This document shows, one piece after another, positions 10,383 to 22,367 of a stretch of DNA of 64,000 nt. A program made the translations under genes and the position numbers. A model generated the notes under the pieces. It did no database searches and was not told the origin of the DNA. It saw nothing but the letters and a program-made list of their open reading frames with translations. Each line of letters starts with the position of its first letter. The stretch's first letter is position 1. This DNA comes from Epiperipatus broadwayi (lineage: Eukaryota; Animalia; Onychophora), in assembly GCA_028023455.1 (NCBI GenBank), contig JAQFVV010000006.1:19034001-19098000 (forward strand), given 5' to 3'.

Positions 10383-13099
10383 AAAAGTCTGTTCAAATAT
10401 ATAAAATATACTGGTATTTAAAATATTAAGAATAGCTTTACCAAATTATTTATTAAATATCCTTAATCTTTTAAAAAAAAAAAACTTGAAATGGAAAATG
10501 TCAAATGAATATTTTTCTGCTGAACTAATTTATGCATTTGTGTATAATTGACAGCTTTTCTAATTTAAACAACATGTAAGCTATTGACCAATGAAAAAGC
10601 TATCGGACTGATATCTTTCATTATATACAAATTTCTTGAAAATCCCTCTAGCTAGCTCATTTGGCTATGGAGATTTTTTAAGAAATACATGTGTAATGGA
10701 AACAGGTTTCTATGTATACTCATAAGTTATCAATTCAAAAAGATATCGGACTGATCTCTTTCAATATAAATGCATTTCTCTTAAAACCTAACTCAGTATG
10801 TAGAGTGAAAAAAATTAGTCTTGATACTTTTTTTAATCGATAACTTGGGGAAGTACAGAGTTCATATTAGGAATGTTGATAACAATTTGATTGGTTACAT
10901 GTTTCTAACCAATTTTCGCAATTTGTTATTATATATATAAATTTTGCTTTGTTTTTTTTTTTTTTAGAAATTATGGAAACACATAGAACATAAGTACAAG
11001 CCTCAGGAATGAAGTCCATCTGCCAAACATTCATAAGATGATTTGCTGATGTTTGTGCAAGCTTGAGATATGAAAATGAGCAGAATTATATTTGTAAAAA
11101 AAATGATTGTAGAAAGTATATTTATGATTAAAAATATATAATTATGGTATGAGAGTTTATTTTTAAAATATAATTTATACTTTTATGCAAATAAAATATC
11201 ATGTGACCCTTACAGATTACATATAAATATCTGCATTAACAGTAGTAAATCACTCAATATTATCCTAGAGTCATCTATATAAGTCCATGTAAGTAATAAA
11301 TACCATGGAAAATGTCAAATAAATCCACAAGCAGTGCAATCCAATGATGTTCATTTATAAAAGCCAAAATGCAGAAACTAGTGGGAAATTGATTGGTACT
11401 ACCATCTAATATTGTTTGCATATGTGACTTGAAAGTTGTGTGGGTAATAATGTTAATGTAGATTTTTTATCAGCATTATATATGCTTGCAGGAAAACAAA
11501 TATAGAAATCGGTAAGACGTTCTATTGGCTATATTGCAGAGATTCTGAAATTTTAATTTTTCATACTTTTCTGTCTAATACATCTGTATTCAGTTTAGTT
11601 ATTGTAAAGTTCATTCATTAATTTTTTTTTTATATCCAATTAATTATTCATCCTGCCATTAATATAATGGATTTAAAGCTGAATATAAAGAAATGGCTCA
11701 AATTTTAAGAAAGTAAATCTCTCACAAACTTTTTAATTTTATAGTCTCCAAACTTGTTAAATAATCTCTCATATTTGATTGCAAGTTTTTTCATGGATGT
11801 GTGAATCTCTAGATAATAATGATCCCCTTATGATTAGCATAAGGACTTAAGGTACTTTGCAATTTAGATATCAAGGAAACAGAATAATACTGTTATGAAA
11901 CAGACAATAAGATAATCAATCTAGAGAGGAAGCAGCCAGCTATCTGAACATACAAAACAAAATGATTTTTTGTTTGTTTGTTTTTATTTAATACATTTTC
12001 AAAATGTGGCTATTGAGTCTGTTGTGATAGATCTCCACAGAAAAAAAATTAATGTATTATCATTAGTAACTAGTCTTAAATGAAAATAATTCTAGAAAAA
12101 AAAAGAAGAAACTCTGAATTATTATGCAAATAATTAAAATATGGGTGCACAAATAAATCACTGTTCAGAAAGAGGATTGACAGCATGAGTAGTTTAAGAT
12201 AATCAGACTGTGTGCTAAGCTAAATGAGAAATTACTATGATAAAAAGAAAATGAATTACGATAATTTAAGTTACTTATAAGACCTGTTGTACTTGGGGGG
12301 GGGGGGGGGGGCTTGACAGCAGAAAGTGCTGTTTTATTGCCATGATTATACAAAAACTCACAACCACTTGTTTTTATTTAGTATTGTAATAATGTTTATT
12401 ATTTTTGTGTACAAATTTATCACTTAAGTTTGTCATAAGTTCCGGATGGAATCTAAAGTTTAGAAATTTATGGGCAGAATAACATGGATGTGAAAAGATA
12501 TAACAGCTCTAATACGTAAGCAATTATAATTATCAACAAATTAAGATGATGTCTTTCATTCAATTTTATATTTTTTAATAAGGCTGTAAATAAATTACAG
12601 CTTAACCATTATGTAGAATTGATAATATAAATATTTTCATAAGTTAGATTTAGAAAGAATTATTTAAATAAACTTGCAAACAATACCTATGTTTTTATCT
12701 GATCAATAGATAGGCATTGACATAAGAAAGTGGATATATGTAAATTTATTTTAATGATTCTTTAGGAATTCCAGCAATATGTTAGGACTTCGTTTATTCT
12801 GTGAAGAGGTTCATTGTTTTATTATGTATTTGAATCTAAAATTAAATATTGTATTACTTTAATAAAATGTCATCAACAATAATATATATTAGTATAATAA
12901 AGATAATTCAATCTATCTTTTATTTATTTCTTTATTCATTTGCAATTCAATAAAATAGAGAAGGTCCACTCTGCAGGAAAAATTATAACTCCTGTACAGA
13001 TTTACAGCTTAGCACTGCTTTCAACCAGACTAGACATATTCATAACACTAAGATAGGTATGTAGAAGAGAGAACTTATACGTTAATTAGTGTGCAAGTT

Positions 13100-14125
13100 T
13101 GTAAATTACATATACTACTTGTGTGATGTTGCAATGCATAAGTCTTTTATTTATCATATTGGTGTTATTTGAGATAAACCACACCTCTTTGTATTTTCTG
13201 TTTTGATCATTGCACTCAGCATAAACCGCTTAGATGTTGAGTGGATCGAAATTGTGCCCAAGTCAATCTTGTGCTCTAAAAATACTGACTGTTGAGATCT
13301 GTTTTGGCTCATTTATATATATATACTTGTGCTGCGCTAATCTAGTAGTACTGCTGGCACAAGACTCGCCATAGTAAATTGCTTTGCAAGTTGATTCATT
13401 ACAGCTAATTTTGTAAATTTTTTGGAGAGTCTGATCTAGAGGTAACTTGTCTTTGGTGTTATTCACTTGTTGATTGAGATTAGGAAAGTCATGAAGCTAA
13501 TGTTGAATTCATTCAAGCAGATTGTCTTCCAACTTTTATAATGCTCCCAGTATAAAAGGAAAGCTGATCCATGCATTAGAGTTGTGGTTCACAGGTCTGA
13601 TGTTTACTGTGGAGTAGAATTTTTTTTAAGAGCTCTAGTTTAACAATTATGATCAGATCTTTTATATAGTTTTCGATGTTATCTCTCCCATCTGCCTCAA
13701 ACTTGCATAGCTTATAGTTTCTGTACAGAAAATACTTAAAGCCAGCTAATTTGTGTGAGGAGGGAATGTGTGAACCAAAGTGAATTGCTTCACAAACATT
13801 GATTGGTTTGATGATCATTTTGTAGTTGTGTGTTGGATGTACATGTCCAAGAATTTTATTCTATTTGATGCATCTTTGTACTCTATGGTCCAGGCTAAAG
13901 AGGATAATTGACTCAGCTCATCTTGTATACCTATCATAGTTTTCTCTTCAGCATAAATGAGCTCATTGTTGATAGCATATAGATGTGAAGTAGCTATGGC
14001 CAAATGTCTTGGGATGACTGCGATTTCAAATTTGTCCAATATTATGCCACTTATTGGTAACTCCAGTATTGAAAAGTATGTAATGATAAATTTTTCTCCT
14101 ATTTGATATTTATATGTAGACAAAA
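13100..14125 (-). mobile_element. Penelope-like element remnant (RT plus GIY-YIG endonuclease), frameshifted
   Basis: RT part: LDKFE..WTIEYKDASNRIKFLDMYI. Thumb: KPINVCEAIHFGSHIPSSHKLAGFKYFLYR. GIY-YIG: KDKLPLDQTLQKIYKISCNESTCKAIYYGES..TRLAQHK, then GHNFD..RKYKEVWFI..MINKR. Confidence 0.85.
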
Positions 14126-14606
14126 AAATAGGATAGAATCTTGATATTATAAAATCAAAGATATATATATAATTTATGAGATCTAAGTTTGTAAGTTGAA
14201 TGATTAATAGAATTCCAATACTAAGACAATTTTAATAATATTACTAACCAATGGGAAGATAATGATTAGGATTTATAATCACAAGTACTCCTTATAGTAT
14301 TTTATTTGTTTTAGGTTTTAATAATTAGAAAGTCAAGGCACCAAATCTCAAAAAAAAAAAACGTTTACTAGGAATATTCGTGAAATAACAATCATCATCA
14401 CTGCAAATTATTACCATGACATTTCAGCATATACCCCAGTGGTTTACATGTTATCCCAGAGTTATGGATGAGTTATAAACAAACGTGTGTACATTATAAT
14501 GGTTGAAGTAAGTTACAAAACAACCAATGGATTATCAAAACAATTTAATTATTAACAATGAAAAAGAAGTGATAGTTGGTTATATATATTAATGATTATG
14601 AATATA

Positions 14607-15570
14607 CACCTGGGTCTCATTTTATGCGGATTATTTTAATGCATTTTGAAGTTATGCGATTCATATTTCTTCTTAATATTATCTTTCATATTTCACTATA
14701 TTTATTAGATATCAAGAAATTTAAATTATTAATAACTTATTTTCACTTGAAATACTTTTTTTTTTTTTTTCAAAAGTATATCTTTATATTAGCAAGTAAG
14801 TGAATATGGCCTGAAGCAGTATTTAGATTTTTAGCTTCTATGTATTATACTAATGAGTAAATAATAATAATAGATTTATACTTACATATAAAAATATCAC
14901 AATAAATATTCAAAAAATTTAAACTTTTAAAACTTATTATGTTATATATAACAAATAAATAATCTTTTAGATTTTTAAAATAAACGATTTTATAAACTGA
15001 AAATAATCTTTCTAATGATAATGTTTTGATTGCGATCTCATGTTTTTAATATAGAAACAGAAAACCATTAACACAGCACAAGACTGGAAATGATGCTAGT
15101 TGTACATAACATCACAAATAAAAATAAAGTGGCTTAACAGGTTTCTCTGTGCATAATTGCTGAGAGATTCTTGACTTTGTTTAAGGAGAAGCCACAGTAC
15201 ATCATATCGAATCTGATTTCTTACCAGTTTACAAAGGAACGCTAGCGATAATGATTAAAATATGTATGAAAAATGTAAAATTAAATACTGTAGTAATAAA
15301 AAAAAAGTTTTTCTTATATGTGTGGTAAAGATACTAATGTAAAATTTAAATACGTTAAAATAAATACACACATTAATTCCAAAATATAACGTATTTATTT
15401 TTTTAATGCGAATTTTAAAGTAATTTTTCTTTGTTGTTTTGCTTTTACGCGAATTCTGAAAATTACAGTACCTATCTCCCATTTTTCAAGGTAAATTAAG
15501 TCTATTTTTGTGTGATTTTTTTTAATGCAGGTTTTTTGTGGAATCTACCGCATAAAACGAGACCCAGGTG
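14607..15570. mobile_element. Non-autonomous Tc1/mariner (pogo/Tigger-like) TIR element
   Basis: 23-bp TIRs CACCTGGGTCTC(A/G)TTTTATGCGG, flanked by TA on both sides (14605-14606, 15571-15572). Confidence 0.85.
15121..15208 (+). mobile_element. ~90-bp 3' end of the PHD/esterase LINE family, inside the mariner element
   Basis: aataaagtggct..acaggttt..gactttgtttaaggagaagcc..acatcatatc matches the reverse complement of 46143-46230. Confidence 0.8.
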
Positions 15571-16399
15571 TACATGAAATCGAACACATCATAATGATTA
15601 ATGTTTTTTCAGTTTTATGTTAAGACTTTTTTAATTTTATAATGTGAATATCTTACCAGTAAAATATTTATAGTCATAAACCATGGATTTTAAGTTATTA
15701 TTTCTCTTTTCTTGTATGTAGTTACAGTCATCTTCATATAGTCACTTGGCAAATAGATTTCTTCTTACACACTGGAGACTTTAATTGTAGTTACAGCCGC
15801 ATGGTGGCATATAATATCCATAGATCTTCGGTGATTTATTGACATAGTTTTTTTTTGTTCCTTTACTGGTATTTTAGAGGCCATTGTAATCGGGTTCGAC
15901 AGATTTTGACATTTACTAGATCAGATTGCATACTCGGGGTCTCCTAACTGATGTGCTACTTTTTTGCCTAGCCTTGCATGGGAAATAATTCACTAGTGAA
16001 TGAAAACATTATTGCTGTTATAATTGTATTGAAAAATACTTTATCGCAGTCAATAACTTGCTTCTCTGTGCAGCTTATTTCAACATGGCTTTAAACTATA
16101 ACTTGCAATCTGATGTGACTAGACATGTTAAATCTGGTTGGTCAAACAGAAACTAGTAAAACATCTTTGGAAAATAATTTGTCTATTATATATAATATCT
16201 ATTATTATATATAATAAAAGAAAAAATTAGTCCTACAATTGATAGAAAATAGTTTTGAGTGATGGATATTGTAGAAAAAATTTATTGGAATCGGAAATCC
16301 AAAAGAATGAAAAAACAATCTTAAGCAGCTCTATAGAAATTTAATTATTAGGTCTGTAACCTGCATAAAGTTTCATTCATGCAGAAAACTTAAAGATAA

Positions 16400-18445
16400 T
16401 AAAATTCAGTAAATCTTTATTAAGGGAGTCCTTATGCCAGTCAAAATATTAGAATGGCCATGCTTTAGTTGTAATAACCAAAGATAATGGTCAATAAATA
16501 CTTAGGCAAGAGGGCACTTTCAATGCTGAATATGAGAGGAATATTAACCAATCTTCAAAAAATGTCACTCTTCACCAAACTGGATTTTAACTCCATCAAA
16601 TATTGACCCTGGCAATCCTATTTGAATTATTTAAATGTAATAGTCTTTGTTTGCTATTATATTTCAGGTTAATATTAATACTTTATTACAAGTATTAAAT
16701 GGTGAAATACAAATATTTTGATCAGCTATTTGTTACAAAGTTTTGTCAAAGAGTATTTAATATATGTTATAAAATAGAAAAATTTTGAATAAAAATAAAG
16801 TACAAAAGAATTGATATTTCTAAGACATATAATTTCAAACGAAGGCAACAGCCATTTCTAAAAAGTTAGCAATAAAAATATGATGACCCAGAAATGTTAA
16901 AGAATTTTAAGCATTAAATTACTCCAAAAGTTTTTTAAAAAATAAGTTATGAAACCACTTTAAGAATTACTGGACAAAAGTGAAATTGGTTGAAAACAAA
17001 GAGGTATTTATATGAACAAAAGCACTACACTCATCTGAAACATGATTGGTTCATTTCAAGAATAAGTAGTGAGTGGAGAAACTTATCTGTCATCCAAGTT
17101 ACAATGATGAATTACTTACAGCTTACACATAGAGAATTCTTCCAAAAACTGCAAGAAATTATAGCCAGACTTTGTCCAAAAAGGTTTTACCAATGTCTTT
17201 TTAATTGACTTCCAAATAGTGACTGACCTCAAAATGTTATTTGGGATATTAGCCAATGATAAGCTAGCTCCAAATCATGAGTTTTTGTACATTAAAATTG
17301 AAAAATTCATCCACTGCATATGATTATCAGTTGATATAGGAAAGAGAAAGAAATTTTGTATGTAGATGCTTTGTCTAGAAACCTCAGTTATAAATAGAGA
17401 TATTTAATAGTAAAATAGAGAAGGCTTATCGGTCACTTATAATTTTGTATCAGGAAAGGCTATCCAATAAGTCAAATGAAATGCCTTGATTCAACTTTTT
17501 GGATGAACTTTAAAAACATGATTTGCAAAGATTGTATGTTAATGGAGGATAGAGTTATCATATCTTCTGAGAATAGAACACAAAGATTTTTTAAACTTAT
17601 TGCATAAAACAGACATTGAAAAGTTTATAATGAATATGCAGACTAAAATATATAGCATTGTTAATGGCAACTAAAGTATGGCAAAGAATCCATATGTACC
17701 ATTAATGCCAAGTTGTTTTTATACTCTTAAATGCATACTTTAAATGGACAGTATTATATGGAAAGGATACAAGTGCCGGTGAAATAATAGAAAAATTGAT
17801 AGAATTTCTTTTTATTTTGGATTGCTTGAAGTTGTTCAGATAAAAGCCTAGAATTTCCTGCACAAAAAATAGAATACTTCAAGAGATGAAGATATCTGTA
17901 TCATCTAGAGTCAAATGGATTGACAGAGTCTAATTAAAAATGTTAAAAGCATGAAAATGCTTTATATGCTGCTATATTAAGTCAACATTCCATGCGGTTG
18001 TTATAAAAAATCTAGCAGAAAGATAATTTTAAATTAAATTAATAGTTCCAAAAGAATATTATCAGTACTAATATGGTGATAATGAAAACAAATTTGGGTA
18101 CAGATCTCAATAAACAAAGAATGACTAAAGCGAGTAATCACAAGGATGTTATCCAAACAAGTAATCGCAGTAGGAATAAATAAAATTGAATGTCGAAGAT
18201 GTAAATTATGTTTGACAATAACAGTTAGAGAAAGTAGTGTATTCCAAAGTAGAAATGATCTTGAAAAATGAGACTAAAAACTCGCATGAGAAAAAGAAAA
18301 TACTAGAAAAAATAATTTCACCAAATAAAAAACAGATTGAAGCAGAAAAAATAAAAATTCCATTAAAAAAAGACAGTGTGTTGATCATTGAGACTCCAAA
18401 GGCTGAAGGCATTGCATATAAAAAATATCCACTTTTGTAACTAAT
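16400..18445 (+). mobile_element. Heavily decayed Mag-like Ty3/Gypsy pol remnant
   Basis: RT: KGVLMPVKILEW, ILTNLQKMSLFTKLDFN. RNase H: LPKTARNYSQ, TDLKMLFGI, YDYQLIYRKEKEILYVDALSRN. An integrase tail follows at ~18100-18440. Boundaries approximate. Confidence 0.7.
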
Positions 18446-21400
18446 AGAATTAAAAATGAAATTAAAATAATTTATAATTAAAATAGACTAGAATTAAAAG
18501 TAAAATAAAAATAGCAAGAAATATTTAGATGTAATTAAAAGCAAAAAATTATAATGAGCTTTGAGGATTATCCAGATAAGTAAAAAAAATATTTCAGATA
18601 ATAAATGAACTTAAGAAATGCAGATTTTAAGTTAGACTAAGGAAGTCAAATATAGCTAATCAGCTTAAGAGATATTTACCCTGAAGGAGACGATACATGC
18701 ACTCCAGAAAGATGAACAAATATATAAAATATTTCAGAGAAAAAGTTATCTTCTATATCATCAAGATCATTAGAGAACTGTGTTTTTGAAGTAACAGAAA
18801 ATTGAGTGAGGGCCATCTTTTCCTATGGATTTAGACACCATATATCTAAAAGCAGACTAGGGAACTGAACAGATCACCTCAATCTTTGTTACTGTTTTTA
18901 AGCATCAAGGGTCAATAGACTGTAAAAATAGTATACTAACTTATGTGTGTTGTTTAGAGAAAGACTTTAAAGGTAATATGAAATTGTAAAACTAACTTAT
19001 ATGCATTAGAGAATAGTCTGTAAAATTAATTTAGGAAATAATAGCTTGTGGTAGTACAGATAATATAATTATTAAAGTTCATGAATTCAAGAGAATATGA
19101 ATAGAGTTAGCTTCATAAATTAATATTTACGTAGTACTTTATTTGTAAAAATGCTTTCACGATTATTAACATTATTTATTTGTTAATCTGATTCTTAGAA
19201 TATATACTTTTTAATAGATTATTTAGAGATTACACAAAACAATTTGATCAAAATAATATTTTCTATTGAAACACTAGTTCTGAGCTCACATGTAAGCCAT
19301 GAAATAATTATACTGAAGAAGTTATTTATTTTAGAGTAATATCCAAAGTAGTAAGATTTTATTGGTTGGTTTGCTTCTATATGAATGTCTTGCTAGAGTG
19401 TATAGTAATAGCATCTGGATATCAAAGTCCATGGATCATACCCATCTCTCACATCCAGTGCTCAATCTTATGAACTCCCTTATTTATATATATAATTGTG
19501 TGCCTCATGGCTTACACCTACATATTGTGTGTGCATGTATATATATAAAGTTGAAAGGAAAAGTAGAAATAAACAATTTTTTTCTAGACATTTTCCATAT
19601 TACACTGGAATAACAGTTAAGCATTAAATAATTTGGAATCTAAAACATTTCAAATTAAACATTTTAAAATGTCTAATTAATTCTGATTTTGAAATTAAAA
19701 CAAGCATGTTTTTATGTTACAATAGATATACTGGTAATTATAAAATTCCACTATCAATTTTGATTAGATAAAGAAAAATCCTACAAAGTTGTTTTTTAAA
19801 GGATTAAGGTGAAGTGAAAAGAGTTATCTTTTTTTCAATCACAATAAAGAAAACATTTTTAATTATGGTGGTTTTTAAAATTCCACCCTGACTAAAAAGA
19901 TTAGATGACAGATTATGACAATAAGATTACTACTACTATGAAGTTATAAATGAAGGCAAGAGACAGGATATCCAGCTTCTGCTGCTAGTTCATAGATGAT
20001 GAGTTTTGATGCACATGAAGACCAAAACTCAATTTTGTGATACATTAGCCCATATATATTGTGTACTAGTCAATATGCTTGAAGACTATCAAATTCTAGA
20101 CTAAATAGAGCTAACTATATGTGTGCCAACAGTTACCAGAATACTGTTTTAGAAGGGCTCAGCTTGCCCAGAGATTCTATCAGCTTGCTGAAGTAATTTA
20201 TACATATATTTTATCTACATGCAGAGAAGCACAAATAAATGTACATCATATATATAAAGTACAACTGGTGAGTAGAATGTGTTATATATTGAGAACAATA
20301 TCATTTTAAATTATTTCTTGAAAATGTTAATTAAAATCTTTAAATTACAAATTTTTAGAAGTAAAATAACTTTTGTCAACTAAAAATAAAATATAATAAT
20401 GAAAGAAAATAATAAATGATCATTTCCAGTTCTATTTATTAAAATGGAAACTCAAAAACTTTCTTAGTAAACTGCAAAAATATTCTAGATAGGAAAAGAA
20501 AAGAACTTACTAGAAAAATTTTAAAGATATTTAGAATTAATCAAGAAAAATAAAAATTATTCTGTCAAAGAAGTAATATTTTTATTTTGGAAAGAGAAAA
20601 ATACTTTTATTTACAATTAAAAATAGTGAGCCAATAACTTAGATTAGTAAGAAAATAATATATACACAAACGTGAATTTTATGTATATTTTTGACATTGA
20701 ATTACTTTTTTTTTGTGAAAATATAATATGGTTTAATAAGTTTATTTATTAGCTAATGAAAGATATATCATTAGGATATAAATGCATGTGAGTGCACACA
20801 TCTGAATGGGTACCCAAACATATGTTAAATCGATCATTACTCGTGTTATAAAAATGAATTTTTTGTATTGGTTTATGACAATTTTAATATGTTAATTTTA
20901 TATATTAAACAGCATATGCTTATACAAATGCATATGTTAAAATTAATCATATTTTATGAATTATTAAAATGAATTGTTTTTTATAAGTCTATGACAATTC
21001 GAATATGGTCATTTTTTTTATACAGGCATGTGTATGTGCTGATATATGTGTTTTATGTAAACTCATTGAGATGTTTGTAAATCACAATTTCTTTTTGTAT
21101 TAATCAAAATCAGAATGTCAAATTTATATTTATAGTATATTCAGTAGCTCTTAATTTTATTTATTGTTTCTAATTAATAAATTTCTATTTCATTGTTTAA
21201 ATTTTTCCACTAAAATCATTTAATCCTAGACTGGATGTAAACATTATATATTTGGATTATATCTCTCACTGAGGATTCATATATAAAAGTGGTTTATATT
21301 TAGGATTTTTGGACATCCAGTTGATGATGATTTTATTACTTCTCTAATGTTGGATGCTAGAAGGGGATGCACTACATTAAATTTTATTTTAATATTAATT

Positions 21401-22021
21401 AAAAATTAAATTTATAGTTGGACAATACATTAATGGAATTAAATGGCCAGGGCATTGATGGAAATAAGCATGTTTGTGCATCCTAGCATTATTGTTTTTA
21501 TTATATATTTTGATGGATTAGCACTTTTAAGTATGTGCTTCCAAATTATATTCTTGTATTTTTGCCCTAGCCTGGTCCATAGTAGACCCATTTCATATCC
21601 AGTCACAAGGTTGATTGTTGATTTATTTTCATTGCTGATCACTCATGATGATGATGATTATATAATTCTGGTGAATTTATAGTGTTTTTGCTGATCTCTC
21701 ATGCTTCTCATATTCATTATTATTTCTTTTATATTTAATATTTAAATTTTGTAATAACTTTTGTGATGATGATTTTCCTTCACTTCAGGTTTACCCTGAG
21801 AAATCGTATCATTACATTATATATATAATAATAATAAGAATTTAAAAATATAGAAATTTATAATATAGCTTATGTAATAACTGAAGTACAGGCTTATTAT
21901 ATACCTGTATCAATATATGTAATATATAGGATATATGAGCACAGATTTTCACATGATCCACTACTCACCACTCTATCTCATATCACTGATACGCTCGAAC
22001 ACATATATGTCGAAAAGATAA

Positions 22022-22083
22022 ATAATTACCAATATACGTCTTTCATGCTAAACCAGAAAAAATCAGTTGGTCCAGATTTTATC
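22022..22083 (-). ncRNA. Hammerhead motif family 1, core mutated
   Basis: Minus strand: TCTGG ACCAA CTGATTT TTTCT GGTTT AGCAT GAAA GACGTA T A TTGGT. The conserved GA of CTGATGA is lost. Confidence 0.65.
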
Positions 22084-22306
22084 TCTACACATATATGCAA
22101 TAAGTGCTCAGATATATATATATATATATTAAGATAGCCAATCTTCATACTTTAATGAATAGGTTTCAATCTTTTCCACCCTCCAACCGTCCATCTAATT
22201 CATGGACGGTTGAAGAGTTGGAGTGGATTGAAGCCTGTCCATTAAATTATGAAGATTGGCTATCTTAATATATATCTGAGCACTTATTGCATATATGTAT
22301 AGAGAT

Positions 22307-22367
22307 GATAATCTGTACCAACTGATGATTGCTGGTTTAGCATGAAATACGTATTATTGGTGATTAT
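22307..22367 (+). ncRNA. Hammerhead motif family 1, near-intact
   Basis: GATAATC TGT ACCAA CTGATGA TTGCT GGTTT AGCAT GAA ATACGTAT T A TTGGT GATTAT. Stem III is the perfect palindrome ATACGTAT. There is one stem II mismatch and one extra T. Confidence 0.78.

Noticed and set aside
10594-10764. 27-bp direct repeat aaaaag(c/a)tatcggactgat(a/c)tctttca
   Set aside because: The repeat is real and probably subterminal to an old DNA element, but no TIR or TSD was found, so no call was made.
11330-11400. Possible further family-2 hammerhead relic (gcagaaactagtggg); similar at ~16140
   Set aside because: The core and stem II are too degraded to support.
11483-11520. 20-nt microexon (ttgcag/GAAAAC..ATCG/gtaaga); similar splice-like signals at ~6030-6110 and ~23640-23700
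   Set aside because: Splice-like motifs are frequent by chance in AT-rich DNA, and there is no linked coding context.
12295-12312. Poly-G run (also ~23485-23495) as a functional G-quadruplex
   Set aside because: A simple homopolymer with no supporting context.
12990-13050. Hammerhead at the 3' end of the Penelope remnant (gttatga...ttgaaagc, minus strand)
   Set aside because: The core is altered and stems I and II do not pair convincingly.
20818-21010. Degenerate ~115-bp tandem duplication
   Set aside because: AT-rich, two units only, and no further structure.
21775-21815. tcagg-ttta-ccctga-GAAA hairpin as a hammerhead; similar at ~37290-37330
   Set aside because: No CTGANGA core precedes the hairpin.
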